DNA of 64,000 nucleotides from Patescibacteria group bacterium. GTDB lineage: Bacteria > Patescibacteriota > Patescibacteriia > JAHJFT01. A program made the translations under genes and the position numbers. Positions 37,877 to 48,614 of this stretch are shown in pieces. The stretch lies in assembly GCA_028710985.1 (NCBI GenBank), contig JAQTTB010000002.1, positions 86,750-150,749 of the forward strand, written 5' to 3'. Position 1 is the stretch's first letter. Every line of letters starts with the position of its first letter. A model generated the notes under the pieces. That model searched no databases. It was not told the DNA's origin and worked only from the letters and a program-made list of their open reading frames with translations.

Positions 37877-39772
37877 TTATTTTTTATCGTTGTCGTCTTT
37901 TTTAACATCCTCAAATTCGCCTTCAATCGGGCCCTTTTTCTCTTCGGCCGGTCCGGCTTGCGGTGCGGCCTGCTGATTTTGGTACATTGCCGCTCCGACT
38001 TTCTGCGCCGCGGCTGAGAGCTCTTCGGCGGCTTTCTTGATTGCCTCAAGATCATCGCCGTCTTTTACTTTTTTCAAAGCCTCAATTTTTGCCTCAACAT
38101 CCTTGCGGTCTGCCTCGGAAACCTTGTCGCCCGCGTCTTTGAGCATCTTCTCGGCCGTGTACGCCATGGTATCGGCCATATTCTTGGTTTCAATAATGTC
38201 TTTTTTCTTTTTATCCTCATCGGCATGCGACTCGGCATCCTTTTTCATTTTCTCAACCTCGTCCTTGGATAATCCGGACGATGCCGTGATGGTAATTTTC
38301 TGCTCTTTTCCGGTCGCCTTATCCTTGGCCGAAACATTGAGAATGCCGTTCGCGTCAATATCAAATTTCACCTCAACCTGCGGCACGCCCCGGGGCGCCG
38401 GCGGAATGCCGGATAATATAAATCTTCCGAGCGTCTTACTGTCAGCCGCCATTTCGCGTTCGCCCTGGAGCACGTGTATTTCAACTGAAGTCTGGCTGTC
38501 CGCCGCGGTTGAAAAAATCTGCGACTTTGAAGTCGGAATAGTGGTATTGCGCTCAATGAGCCGCGTCATCACTCCGCCGAGCGTCTCAATGCCGAGCGAA
38601 AGCGGCGTCACGTCCAGGAGCAGAACATCCTTAACCTCGCCCTGGAGAACGCCGGCCTGCACCCCTGCGCCGACGGCCACAACCTCGTCCGGATTAACGC
38701 TGATGTTCGCCTTCTTGCCGAAAAATTCCTCTACCCTTTTAAGCACGAGCGGCATGCGCGTCATGCCCCCCACGAGCACCACTTCTTCAATCTCGCTGGT
38801 TTTAAGGCCCGCGTCCGCAAGCGCCCGTCGGCAGGGTTCAAGAGTTTTTTCCACCAGATCCCCGACCAGCTCCTCGAGCTTGGCGCGGTTCATTTTCATA
38901 ACCAGATGCTTGGGGCCGGATGCGTCGGAGGTAATAAACGGCTGGTTGATTTCCGTATCCTGCGCGGATGAAAGTTCAATCTTGGCTTTTTCCGCGGCTT
39001 CTTTGATGCGCTGAAGCGCGAGCGGATCCTTGCCCAGATCAATTCCGGATTCTTTTTTGAATTCCGCGAGTATCCACTCAATAATCACCTGGTCAAAATC
39101 ATCGCCGCCGAGATGCGTGTCGCCGTTGGTTGATTTTACCTCAACCGTGTCCTCGGCCACGTCCAGAACCGAAATATCAAAAGTACCGCCGCCCAGATCA
39201 TAAACCGCGATCTGCTGGCCCTTTTTCTGGTCAAATCCGTAAGCCAGGGCCGCGGCCGTCGGTTCGTTGATGATACGGCGGACTTTAAGCCCGGCGATTT
39301 CACCGGCATCCTTGGTCGCCTGGCGCTGGGAATCGTCAAAATAAGCCGGCACCGTAATAACCGCTTCTTCAATCTTTTCCCCGATCCTGGCTTCGGCGTC
39401 GGCTTTGAGTTTCTGCAAAATCATTGCCGAGACTTCCTGCGGCGTGTATTCCTTTCCGTTCATTTCCACCTTCACGCCCTCGCCGGATTTTACTATTTTA
39501 AACGGCATATGCTTCAGGTCGCGCTGGACTTCCGCGTCGTCAAAACGCCGGCCGATCAGCCGTTTCACCGAGTAGATCGTATTTTGCGGATTGGTCACCG
39601 CCTGCCGCTTCGCGAGCTGGCCGACAATGCGCTCGCCGCTTTTTGAAATCGCGACGACCGACGGCGTGGTGCGGTTGCCTTCCGCGTTTTCCAGCACTTT
39701 TGGTTTTCCCCCTTCAATGATTGACATGCACGAATTGGTCGTGCCAAGATCGATTCCTAAAATTTTTGGCAT
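37877..39772 (-). CDS. dnaK: chaperone DnaK
   Basis: [30 protein letters not shown]. Confidence 0.98.
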   Translation of the reverse strand: MPKILGIDLGTTNSCMSIIEGGKPKVLENAEGNRTTPSVVAISKSGERIVGQLAKRQAVTNPQNTIYSVKRLIGRRFDDAEVQRDLKHMPFKIVKSGEGVKVEMNGKEYTPQEVSAMILQKLKADAEARIGEKIEEAVITVPAYFDDSQRQATKDAGEIAGLKVRRIINEPTAAALAYGFDQKKGQQIAVYDLGGGTFDISVLDVAEDTVEVKSTNGDTHLGGDDFDQVIIEWILAEFKKESGIDLGKDPLALQRIKEAAEKAKIELSSAQDTEINQPFITSDASGPKHLVMKMNRAKLEELVGDLVEKTLEPCRRALADAGLKTSEIEEVVLVGGMTRMPLVLKRVEEFFGKKANISVNPDEVVAVGAGVQAGVLQGEVKDVLLLDVTPLSLGIETLGGVMTRLIERNTTIPTSKSQIFSTAADSQTSVEIHVLQGEREMAADSKTLGRFILSGIPPAPRGVPQVEVKFDIDANGILNVSAKDKATGKEQKITITASSGLSKDEVEKMKKDAESHADEDKKKKDIIETKNMADTMAYTAEKMLKDAGDKVSEADRKDVEAKIEALKKVKDGDDLEAIKKAAEELSAAAQKVGAAMYQNQQAAPQAGPAEEKKGPIEGEFEDVKKDDNDKK

Positions 39773-39787
39773 AATTTCTGTAAATTA

Positions 39788-40183
39788 TTATTTTTTTACT
39801 TGAATTTTAACGGCCTTGGATTTTACCTTGACGGTTTTCGGGACAGATATCATGAGCATGCCGTTTGCCATTTGCGCGCTCGCCTTCTCTCCGATCACCG
39901 CGGTGGGCAGAGGCAGTGAGCGGTAGAACGAACCGGTCCGAATTTCTTTGCGATAATAATCTTTTTCTTCTACCTCGGTTTTTTTATCCATTTTTCCCTG
40001 AACAGTGAGCACGTTCCCTTTTACCGAAATATCAACCTTTTGCGGACTGACCCCGGCCAGCGGAATCTTGATCTCAACCGTGGTATTTGTTTCATAAATA
40101 TCAGCCGGAGGAACAATCGGAGAGACGGCCATTTTTTCTACATCCTCCATCGGCCATAACGGCGACCATGGAATTAATGACAT
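39788..40183 (-). CDS. Hsp20/alpha-crystallin small heat-shock protein
   Basis: DIYET, GSFYRSLPLP, NGML.I.VPK. Confidence 0.9.
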   Translation of the reverse strand: MSLIPWSPLWPMEDVEKMAVSPIVPPADIYETNTTVEIKIPLAGVSPQKVDISVKGNVLTVQGKMDKKTEVEEKDYYRKEIRTGSFYRSLPLPTAVIGEKASAQMANGMLMISVPKTVKVKSKAVKIQVKK

Positions 40184-40187
40184 ATTG

Positions 40188-40655
40188 TTACTTTTTATTA
40201 ATAATTACTTTTGCGGCGCGAATTAATACTCCGCGCAGTTTATAGGCGCAAACGATTGTCTCCAGCACCTCGTCCTCTTCCCGGCCGTCTTCGCTTCTCT
40301 GCCCGACCGCCTCCATAAACGCGGGATCGAACTTGCCGGTAATTTCAACCTTTTCGAGCCCGGCCTGGTAGAGCGCGTCCCGCATCTGGCGGTAAATGCC
40401 GTCAATCCCCTCAACCCATTTGCCGGCTTCGGAATCCGCCGCGGGCTGGTGTTCTTTGGCTTTTTCAAAATTATCCAGCACCGGCAGGAGCGACAGAATT
40501 ATTTCCTTATTCGCATATTTAAAAATCTCAATGCGCTCTTTGGCGGTTTCCTTCTGCAGATTGTCATAATCCGCGCGCGCCCGCTTCCAGCCGGCAAGAT
40601 ATTCTTCCGCCTGTTTCCGGAGCGCCTCGCAGTCGCATTTATTTTTTTCTTCCAT
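40188..40655 (-). CDS. grpE: nucleotide exchange factor GrpE
   Basis: RARADYDN, LLPVLDNFE, FDP.FMEAV, IRAAKV. Confidence 0.93.
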   Translation of the reverse strand: MEEKNKCDCEALRKQAEEYLAGWKRARADYDNLQKETAKERIEIFKYANKEIILSLLPVLDNFEKAKEHQPAADSEAGKWVEGIDGIYRQMRDALYQAGLEKVEITGKFDPAFMEAVGQRSEDGREEDEVLETIVCAYKLRGVLIRAAKVIINKK

Positions 40656-40674
40656 ATATTATATCTAGATAAAT

Positions 40675-41013
40675 TTATCCTAATTTACTGCCATTGGGTA
40701 CACTTTTGTCCGGGACAGCCAGGACAACGGACCCATCTTCTCTATAAAATCCCGAGCAAAGAAATTCTGAATTAAACGGTCCGATCTGTTTTGCCGGAAA
40801 ATTAACCACGCCAATTATTTGTTTATTCATTAAATCTTCTTTGCGATACAGATCCGTAATTCTGGCGCTTGATTGCCTGATGCCGATTTCTGAACCAAAA
40901 TCAGCCGTTAATTTATAGGCCGGTTTTTTTGCTTCGGGAAAATCCTGCACATCAATTATCGTGCCCACCCGCAACTCCACTTTTTCGAATTCATTCCATG
41001 TTATTGGTTCCAT
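40675..41013 (-). CDS. csaA: CsaA / tRNA-binding OB-fold chaperone
   Basis: [35 protein letters not shown]. Confidence 0.88.
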   Translation of the reverse strand: MEPITWNEFEKVELRVGTIIDVQDFPEAKKPAYKLTADFGSEIGIRQSSARITDLYRKEDLMNKQIIGVVNFPAKQIGPFNSEFLCSGFYREDGSVVLAVPDKSVPNGSKLG

Positions 41014-41052
41014 AGTGTTCGCTATAATGTATTTTTTCTATATAATGCCCTT

Positions 41053-42051
41053 CTAAGCTAACTTCTCATTCCAACCAATTTTTCGACAATTGAAACATTC
41101 GTCTCCTAGAGAATTAAATATACTAGATGTAGATATTGGCGAATCGAGATAGTATGTTCCGCATGCACTACAGGGCTTAATCAAAGATTGACTAGCTGTC
41201 AAAGTATATTTATCAGTCGAACAGATATCGTCGAATATGCCTGATATAGACGGACAATGCAAGCGATTGTTGGAATATACTATTTCCCCAGATTCGTTAA
41301 TATGTATATGCGGGGCAAGGACTCCCCTAGCTACACCGACGCTTCTTTCTTCTTCGAGGGCCCGCTTCTTTACTACCCGCTTATTAGTAAAATTATTTAT
41401 GAATTTACCCAATGTAGTAAAAAATGTTAATTCCTTTTTGGTTTTTTCGCTCCATTCACGGATCAAAAACTCATTAATTTTTTCATTCTCAATCTCGCTC
41501 GCAAAATCTCTATCACCTGAAATAATTGTTAAATCTTGATCAGTGAGATATTCTAGGACGGTTTCCCATATTATTGCATCGCCAAAAGATTTATTATTTT
41601 TCCTAGGTGGATTTCCTTTTAAAGTTCTATAATATGCTCGTTCAGTGACTCTATTATTATCGAGTAATATCGTTGCTTTGGAAAAAATTTTTTTAATTTT
41701 ACGATTTATCAAGCTCCTTGGATTGGAAATCCTTGTGTTATATTCTTTTAAAATCTCCTCCTGTATTTTATGCAATTTTTTTAAAGTTTTTATCCAAACA
41801 TCAATTTTTTTATATGATTTCAGAAATTGAGGAGCTTTCGTATTTATACTAAATTTTTTTAATTTTTCAGAAAAATCTTTCGTAACGGCAATCTTATCGC
41901 GATAAAATTCATCTACGACCTGCGCGGGGATACAAAGTTCAATCTTTCTTGAAATTATAAGATCTAAGAGCTTTTCTAGGCCCACTAGAGATTGCTCAGA
42001 CATTCGATAATAATTTAAAAAAATGTTCGTGTCGATTAATACTCTTTTCAT
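41053..42051 (-). CDS. PIN-domain protein (DUF4935-like), AT-rich
   Basis: IDTNIFL, GDAIIWE, IISGD.DF; C-terminal CxxC..CxxC. Confidence 0.8.
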   Translation of the reverse strand: MKRVLIDTNIFLNYYRMSEQSLVGLEKLLDLIISRKIELCIPAQVVDEFYRDKIAVTKDFSEKLKKFSINTKAPQFLKSYKKIDVWIKTLKKLHKIQEEILKEYNTRISNPRSLINRKIKKIFSKATILLDNNRVTERAYYRTLKGNPPRKNNKSFGDAIIWETVLEYLTDQDLTIISGDRDFASEIENEKINEFLIREWSEKTKKELTFFTTLGKFINNFTNKRVVKKRALEEERSVGVARGVLAPHIHINESGEIVYSNNRLHCPSISGIFDDICSTDKYTLTASQSLIKPCSACGTYYLDSPISTSSIFNSLGDECFNCRKIGWNEKLA

Positions 42052-42084
42052 AAATATAAATTGAAGGTTTACAATTATGCACAA

Positions 42085-42780
42085 CTATATGCTGTCAATC
42101 ACTTCTTTGGTCTGCCGGACCAAAGAATAGTTTTTATTATAATCCATGCGCAGCGGCCCGAGCAATGCCAGCACCCCGGGCTCGCGGTCCGCGTATTTGT
42201 ATTTGGCGATGACCAGGCTGGTCTGCGGACCGAACGGATTATTCGTCCCGACCAGAATCTGCGCCTCCTCGTTTACATTATCAAAAATCATGGAAAGCGT
42301 ATCATCCAGCCGGTCAAGCATGGCCGTCAGGTTGAACGCCTGCGAATATTCCTGAAATTCCGGGTGGCGGAAAAGGTTGGAAAGCCCGGTGTAATACGCG
42401 TGATTGAATTTGAAACCCACGATCATCGCTTCTCCGGAAATTTGGGCCAGGAGCTTGGCGACCTGCTTGATCGCCTGTTCGTAAATTGAGCTTTTGAGCA
42501 TCTCCTGAACCACATTCTGGAATTTGACGCTTTTTTCGTATTGTAAAAATTCCTTAACAAAAAAATCATACGCTTTTTCACTGGGCACGCGGCCGGCCGA
42601 GGTGTGCGGCTTGATGAGATAGCCGCTCTTCTCCAGCTCCGACATTTCGGCGCGCGCCGTGGCTGAACTCATTTTCAGCTTGTATTTATCAACCAGATTG
42701 CCCGAACCGACCGGTTCGGCGCTCTCAATGAAATCGCGTATAATTAAGCCCAATAATTGTTTTTGTCTTGCGGTGAGCAT
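42085..42780 (-). CDS. hrcA: heat-inducible repressor HrcA
   Basis: EPVGS, SATAR.EM..LE, PHTSAGRVP, LGPLRMDY. Confidence 0.92.
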   Translation of the reverse strand: MLTARQKQLLGLIIRDFIESAEPVGSGNLVDKYKLKMSSATARAEMSELEKSGYLIKPHTSAGRVPSEKAYDFFVKEFLQYEKSVKFQNVVQEMLKSSIYEQAIKQVAKLLAQISGEAMIVGFKFNHAYYTGLSNLFRHPEFQEYSQAFNLTAMLDRLDDTLSMIFDNVNEEAQILVGTNNPFGPQTSLVIAKYKYADREPGVLALLGPLRMDYNKNYSLVRQTKEVIDSI

Positions 42781-42784
42781 ACCA

Positions 42785-42811
42785 TTGGCAGTCACATTAA
42801 ACGACTGCTAA
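42785..42811 (-). promoter_or_regulatory. CIRCE operator (variant)
   Basis: TTAGCAGTC-N9-GACTGCCAA immediately upstream of hrcA. Confidence 0.85.
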
Positions 42812-42855
42812 TGGCATTATAATAAAAATAAAAATCATTGTCAACAGCCGGCGGC

Positions 42856-44106
42856 CTACTCAAACCGTAATGCCGCGATGGGCTCAAGACGGCTCGCGCG
42901 CCGGGCCGGATAAATGCCGAATATCAAACCAACGGCCGCGGAAAAACCCACGGCCAGCAGAATTCCGCCGGCTGACAGCTGAAAATCCCACCCGAATCCC
43001 TGGCTCGAGGCCGCAAGCGCGATTGCAAATGAAATAAGATTTCCCACGATTATGCCGACTGCCCCGGCGATCAGGCTGATAATCAGCGACTCCCACAAAA
43101 ATTGCGCCATTATATCCGAACCGCGCGCGCCCATTGCCTTGCGCAGGCCGATTTCACCGGTGCGCTCGGTTACCGACACGTACATAATATTCATAATTCC
43201 CACTCCGCCGACAATAAGAGAAATTGAAACCAGGGCAAGCAAAAGAATGGTTAAGCCGTTGAACACGACGTCCATCATCTCCGTCGCCTGCTCCATGCTC
43301 ATCACCGCAAAATCATCATCCATATCGTTTGTCGTGCCGTGGCGCTCGCGCATGACCGCCCGCATCTCCTCCACCGTGCGGTCGCCCTGCGAGGGGTCAT
43401 TCATCTGCGCGAAAATAAAAACTACGTGGTCGATGCCCATAATTTTTTTCTGCAGCGTGCGCACCGGGAGATAAACCATCTTATCCCAGTTAAAAAACAT
43501 AATCGAGCCCCGCGGCTTCATCACTCCGACCACCCGATAATTAGTCTTGCTGATTTTGATTGATTGCCCGATCGCGTCTCCCTGGCCGAACAGTTTATCC
43601 TTGACCTCGCTCCCCAGCACTACCACGCGCGCCAGTGATTTGTCTTCTTCATCGGTAAAGAACCGCCCCTCGGAAATTTCACCCTTGTCAATCGCGTCAA
43701 AAGAAGCCGATACTCCGAAAAGCATGGATTTGGTAATTTCCCCGCGATACGACAGCAGCTCCTGGGACATCAGGCCGGAATACGCATCCTTGATATTCGG
43801 CAATTTTAAAATCTCTTCCGCGTCTTCAAGCGTCAGCGTGGTAACGCTCACGCCGCCGACAAAACCCGAGGCGTTTTCCGCCGAGGTATGCCCGGTATTC
43901 GGAGTTTTTACCTCAATCTCAATGGTATTGCTGCCAAAAACCGCAACCTGATCCATCACATACTGTTTGAGCCCGTTGCCCGCGGAAATAACCACAATCA
44001 CTGCCGTAATTCCGATGACAACTCCAAGAAGCGTCAGGACGGTCCTTGACTTGTTTGACTTCAGATTGCGGATAGCGATGCCGATTGATGCGCCCCTTGA
44101 GAGCAT
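42856..44106 (-). CDS. MacB/FtsX-family ABC permease
   Basis: LTLLGVVIG, GGVGIMNIMYVSVTERT.EIGLRKA.GA, YPARRAS. Confidence 0.93.
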   Translation of the reverse strand: MLSRGASIGIAIRNLKSNKSRTVLTLLGVVIGITAVIVVISAGNGLKQYVMDQVAVFGSNTIEIEVKTPNTGHTSAENASGFVGGVSVTTLTLEDAEEILKLPNIKDAYSGLMSQELLSYRGEITKSMLFGVSASFDAIDKGEISEGRFFTDEEDKSLARVVVLGSEVKDKLFGQGDAIGQSIKISKTNYRVVGVMKPRGSIMFFNWDKMVYLPVRTLQKKIMGIDHVVFIFAQMNDPSQGDRTVEEMRAVMRERHGTTNDMDDDFAVMSMEQATEMMDVVFNGLTILLLALVSISLIVGGVGIMNIMYVSVTERTGEIGLRKAMGARGSDIMAQFLWESLIISLIAGAVGIIVGNLISFAIALAASSQGFGWDFQLSAGGILLAVGFSAAVGLIFGIYPARRASRLEPIAALRFE

Positions 44107-44119
44107 AGGGAAATATTAT

Positions 44120-45361
44120 TTATTCGTAGCGCAGGGCGACGATGGGATCAAATTTAGCCGCCTTGCGCGCCGGATATATGCCGAAAACCAAACCGATTAC
44201 AATGGAAACGCCGCAGGCAACCGCGACGGATAACGGCGACACGAGCAAATCCCAGTCGTATCCGAGCGCCCGGACAATCACCGCGACAAGGACCGAGACT
44301 GCCGCTCCGGCCACGGTTCCGGCAAGCCCGCCGATCAGGGTAAAAAACACCGACTCAAGCAAAAACTGCATCATGATATCGTGATTCTTCGCGCCCATTG
44401 CCTTACGGATGCCAATTTCATGAATGCGCTCGCGCACCGCGACAAGCATGGTATTCATAATTCCGATTCCGCCGACCAATAGAGCGATTCCAGCAATCGC
44501 TGCCAAGAAAAATTTCAATGAATCAGTGACGCCGCTGAGCGCATCCAGCCCCTGCTTCAAGGAACTCACTGTAAAATCATCCTGTTTTGGATCCGTAATA
44601 TCGTGGCGTTCGCGCAGAATGGACTTAATATCCTCAACCGACTGGTCTAAATTCGCTTCGTCATCAACCTTGGCGCGCAAAAGTGAAATATGGTTAATGC
44701 CAAGCACGTTTTTCTGCACCGTGGTTACCGGAAGATAAACCCGGGTATCGTAGTTCGTAAATCCGCTTACCCCTCTTTTTTCCATCACGCCAATGACCCG
44801 GAATGTCTTTTTTTTGAACTTTATTTTTTCTCCGATGGGATCCGTGTCGCCAAAAAGCTGGGTTTTTACTTCGCTCCCGAGCACCGCGACCTGGGCCAGC
44901 GATTTCTCATCGCCCTCGGAGAACCATTGGCCTTCGGCTACTGAATAGTCCTCCACATCGAGATACTGGTATGAAACGCCCATAAAATTTCCGTCATACT
45001 TATCACCCTCCCAAGTAAATGTCGCGACTCCCTGAACGATCGGGGTTATGGCCGTAATATGCGGCGCCCGCACCGGATCAAGGAGGGCAAAAGCGTCATC
45101 GTACGTAAGCGTGGTAATCATAATACCCATAACCGCGACCGGTGGACCCTCTTCTTCCGTGCCGCCCGGCAAGATGCCGATGAGATTCGTACCCGCGCTT
45201 TTTATCTGGTTTAAAATCAGGCTCTGCGCACCGGCGCCGACCGAGATAACCAAGATTACCGCGGCAACGCCGATGATTATTCCAAGCATAGTCAAAAAAG
45301 CCCGCATCTTGCTTTGGCGGACTATGTTCAGCACAATTTTTACCGGTCCGGTAATGAACAT
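44120..45361 (-). CDS. MacB/FtsX-family ABC permease
   Basis: LTMLGIIIG, GGIGIMNTMLV.V.ER..EIGIRKA. Confidence 0.93.
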   Translation of the reverse strand: MFITGPVKIVLNIVRQSKMRAFLTMLGIIIGVAAVILVISVGAGAQSLILNQIKSAGTNLIGILPGGTEEEGPPVAVMGIMITTLTYDDAFALLDPVRAPHITAITPIVQGVATFTWEGDKYDGNFMGVSYQYLDVEDYSVAEGQWFSEGDEKSLAQVAVLGSEVKTQLFGDTDPIGEKIKFKKKTFRVIGVMEKRGVSGFTNYDTRVYLPVTTVQKNVLGINHISLLRAKVDDEANLDQSVEDIKSILRERHDITDPKQDDFTVSSLKQGLDALSGVTDSLKFFLAAIAGIALLVGGIGIMNTMLVAVRERIHEIGIRKAMGAKNHDIMMQFLLESVFFTLIGGLAGTVAGAAVSVLVAVIVRALGYDWDLLVSPLSVAVACGVSIVIGLVFGIYPARKAAKFDPIVALRYE

Positions 45362-45364
45362 ATC

Positions 45365-46099
45365 CTATTTTTGTAACTCACCGTCGTGCGCGCTGTGGCG
45401 GACTTCCACCCGAGTATCCGACGTCACCTGCCCGTCGCGCAAATAAATAATTCTTTCCGCGTGTTCGGCCGTGTATTTTTCGTGCGTCACCAGAATAATC
45501 GTCTTTCCCTGATTATTAAAATTTTCCAGAATCTCCATAATCTGCTGGCCGGATTTTGAATCAAGGTTGCCGGTCGGCTCATCGGCAAATACCACCGAGG
45601 GCTGATTGACAATCGCGCGCGCGATCGCCACCCTTTGCTTTTCGCCGCCGGAAAGCTGGCTCGAAAGATGATCGATGCGGTGCTCAAGGCCGACCGCTTT
45701 TATCGCTTCGCGCACCATGGTGTCTTTTTCTTTCGCCGAAAAACGCGTGTAAATCATGGGCAGCATCACGTTGTCATAAACGCTCGTACGCGGCAGAAGA
45801 AAAAATGCCTGAAAGATAAAACCTACTTCGTTGTTTCTCATTTCCGCAAGCTCGTCATTCGAAAGTTTGCTCACGTCACGCCCGTTGAACGTATAGGTAC
45901 CAACGGTCGGACGATCAAGAAATCCCAGTATATGCATTAGTGTGGATTTGCCCGAACCGGACGGCCCCATTATAGCAACAAATTCGCCTTTCTTAATATC
46001 AAAAGTGATCCCGTGCAAAACGCTGGTGATCACTTCTTCATTGACGTAATCTTTCGCAATTTTTTCTACGCGTATAAGCGGAAAATCTTCCATAGGCAA
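45365..46099 (-). CDS. ABC ATP-binding protein (LolD/MacB-type)
   Basis: GPSGSGKST, LSGGEKQR, ADEPTGNLD. Confidence 0.95.
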   Translation of the reverse strand: MPMEDFPLIRVEKIAKDYVNEEVITSVLHGITFDIKKGEFVAIMGPSGSGKSTLMHILGFLDRPTVGTYTFNGRDVSKLSNDELAEMRNNEVGFIFQAFFLLPRTSVYDNVMLPMIYTRFSAKEKDTMVREAIKAVGLEHRIDHLSSQLSGGEKQRVAIARAIVNQPSVVFADEPTGNLDSKSGQQIMEILENFNNQGKTIILVTHEKYTAEHAERIIYLRDGQVTSDTRVEVRHSAHDGELQK

Positions 46100-46105
46100 A
46101 TTTTT

Positions 46106-48031
46106 TTACTCCTTCACGGCTATAATGATCTCATCGCTCTCCGCGGCGCCGCTCAAGAGCTCCACGAGTCCACCGTCGCCGCGCAATCCGATTACCGGCT
46201 CGCGCTCTTCGAAGGAATCGCCTTTCTTGACGCGGATAATTTTACGACCGTCTTTTGTAATCACGCTTCTCTGGGGGATAATCAAAACTCCGGTCCTTTC
46301 GTCGGTCTTTATCACCACGTCCGCCGTCATTCCGTTCTTCACCGCCTGCTCGGCTGTAAAATGAATATTTATTTTCACGCGGTAATAAACCACGTCCTGA
46401 ATTACGGTTTCGGCCGGATCAATCTCCGAGACCTCGCCGCTGAACACGGTTTCGTCGCCGTAAGCATCAAGCGTGATCTCCGCCGAATCGTTGACATTAA
46501 TTTTGACGATATCGGTTTCCGAAATGTCTACATTGACTTCAAAAATATCGGTTGAAAGCATTTCAATAACCCCGCCCACCGCTGCGGCCGATACTTGTTC
46601 GCCGACTTCGAAATTTATTTTAGTGATGAGGCCCCTGGATGGCGCGACGATACGCGACTTTTCGAAACGATTAAGGCTTAGATTATAAGCCGCCTCGGCA
46701 TTCTTAACCTGCGCCTGAAGCGGGGCCAAATCAACCGCGCGCGGATCCGCTGTCTTGAGGGACAGTGCCGCTTTGGCCGCATCTAAGGCCGCCTTCTGGA
46801 TATCGCGCGACGCCGAAGCCGAGTCCACCGCGCTTTCGTAAGCGTCTATTGAGGTGCTAGCCGAATTCTGCGACGATTCCAGGTCCTTGACCGCCTGATC
46901 ATACGCGTCACGCGCTGCGGTCAAATAAAGCTCCGCGCTCTTTAGTGACGCCGTATTTGAAGTTTCAAGATTCTGAATCGTCTGTTTCTGCGTCAGTAAA
47001 CTGGTAAGCTGGGCGTTTACAGCCGATAGATCCGTATCTATGGTGGTTTTTTTAGTATTAAGCGCTGTTAATGTCAAATCCGATCCAGTGATCGTATTAT
47101 CCAGCACCAACCGCGTTGCCGAGAGCGCCTGATGCACCTCGTTAAGCGCGTCCTCGGTTACGCTAACCGCATCCCAGATCGCCGCCTGCTCCGAGGAGGT
47201 CGTAAGGGGGTTAACTGCGTTATACGCGGCTAGCTTCTCCACCTTCGCATCGCGGTAATCATTTTGCGCTGTGGTTAGTGCCTCGGAATTTAAAACCGAG
47301 AGATACCTCTTAAAAAGCTCATTCGCCGAAGTGTCATCTACGGCGAGGGTGTTGTCCATGTCCGAAAGCGATGTCGCCATGGACGAAAGCGCGTCCTTTA
47401 AAATAACGACCGTATCCTCATACGCGTCGTTCTCGTTTTCCACACTCTGCGCGAGTGTATTGTCATAAGTTGCCTGGCGTATGGCAAGAGTATTTTCCGC
47501 GGCCGCGAGAGTGAGCCCGGACGTATCAACCGAATCGCCGGTCGTTGTCTTTGCGTTAGTTAAATCCTGCCGAGCCTTGCTCAAAGCCACTTCCGCGCTC
47601 CGAAGCGATGCCTCGGCCTTTGCCACATCCGCGCTTGAAACCTGGACCGACTGTGAAGACTCGCCGACAATCTTGAGATTCAAATTTGCCTGCGCCAGAT
47701 CAAGCGTTGCCTTGGCCTGATCCAGCTGATACTGAAGCTCTTTGTTATCCAGCTCGGCTAGAACCTGTCCTTTTTCCACCGTATCACCAACCTCCACCGT
47801 GGTACTCGCAAGCGTGCCGCTGGATTCAAATGAAAGCTGCACCTCGGCAAGCGCCTTCACGGTTCCGGTCGCGTCCACGGTCTGTATCAAATTACCGCGA
47901 TAAACCCTCACGGTATCGTATTCCGCTGCCTTCTCACTAAACCAAAATACGCGCGCCAAACCGGCGGCCGCAATTAACAAAACAATGGCAATCCCAATAA
48001 TATATCGCTTTTTTATCTTTCCCGATGCCAT
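46106..48031 (-). CDS. HlyD/MacA-like membrane fusion protein with very long coiled coil
   Basis: lipoyl halves 'VEVGDTVEKGQVLAELD' and 'IVAPSRGLI', 'NGMTADV.I'. Confidence 0.88.
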   Translation of the reverse strand: MASGKIKKRYIIGIAIVLLIAAAGLARVFWFSEKAAEYDTVRVYRGNLIQTVDATGTVKALAEVQLSFESSGTLASTTVEVGDTVEKGQVLAELDNKELQYQLDQAKATLDLAQANLNLKIVGESSQSVQVSSADVAKAEASLRSAEVALSKARQDLTNAKTTTGDSVDTSGLTLAAAENTLAIRQATYDNTLAQSVENENDAYEDTVVILKDALSSMATSLSDMDNTLAVDDTSANELFKRYLSVLNSEALTTAQNDYRDAKVEKLAAYNAVNPLTTSSEQAAIWDAVSVTEDALNEVHQALSATRLVLDNTITGSDLTLTALNTKKTTIDTDLSAVNAQLTSLLTQKQTIQNLETSNTASLKSAELYLTAARDAYDQAVKDLESSQNSASTSIDAYESAVDSASASRDIQKAALDAAKAALSLKTADPRAVDLAPLQAQVKNAEAAYNLSLNRFEKSRIVAPSRGLITKINFEVGEQVSAAAVGGVIEMLSTDIFEVNVDISETDIVKINVNDSAEITLDAYGDETVFSGEVSEIDPAETVIQDVVYYRVKINIHFTAEQAVKNGMTADVVIKTDERTGVLIIPQRSVITKDGRKIIRVKKGDSFEEREPVIGLRGDGGLVELLSGAAESDEIIIAVKE

Positions 48032-48124
48032 ATTATGATAATTGTACAGTAAATCTTTGCATATGTAAATCGTAATTGAACATAAATAAAAAATGACCCG
48101 CCGTCGGGTCATTTTAAATAAAAA

Positions 48125-48526
48125 TTAATAGGAAAGCAGGGGTATGAGCACTCCGTAGATAATGCCAAAAATCAAATTCAAACTAATTTTTTCAATTACC
48201 ATTCCTCTCTTGCGCGTCAGAACCGCGAGAAATGTAAAAAGCAGAACAAACGCGCCGGCCACGGCCATAAAATGAGTTTTAGCGTCCGCGCCGTACTGCG
48301 AAATCATATATCTAAAAACCAGCGCCGCGCCGAGTGCGAAAACAATATTCGCGCCTACCGCAAATATTACGCCCCAGATGCGCACGCGCTCCGACGTCGC
48401 GGCCTGCATACCTGCCACCTGGCCCCGGAAAAAATCCGATATCCGGACCGACCGAATCAAAACCAGCGCCACGCACAGAAGCGTGGCCACAAGAAACGCG
48501 ATCGCTGATGCGAAAAATGGATTCAT
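48125..48526 (-). CDS. hypothetical membrane protein (~4 TM)
   Basis: hydrophobic ORF followed by terminator hairpin at ~48088-48117. Confidence 0.6.
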   Translation of the reverse strand: MNPFFASAIAFLVATLLCVALVLIRSVRISDFFRGQVAGMQAATSERVRIWGVIFAVGANIVFALGAALVFRYMISQYGADAKTHFMAVAGAFVLLFTFLAVLTRKRGMVIEKISLNLIFGIIYGVLIPLLSY

Positions 48527-48585
48527 AGCACGAATAATATATCAAATAATCGCATATTTGGCAACCGATCAGGAACGTCCGCACA

Positions 48586-48614
48586 TTGACAAAAATTCGC
48601 AAATATGCTACCGT
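48586..48614 (+). promoter_or_regulatory. sigma70 promoter of candidate ncRNA
   Basis: TTGACA-17-TACCGT with extended -10 TG. Confidence 0.7.

Noticed and set aside
38037-39014. 325-aa + strand ORF opposite dnaK, and many similar antisense ORFs
   Set aside because: Shadow ORFs of conserved genes; antisense-dnaK ORFs are a known artefact.
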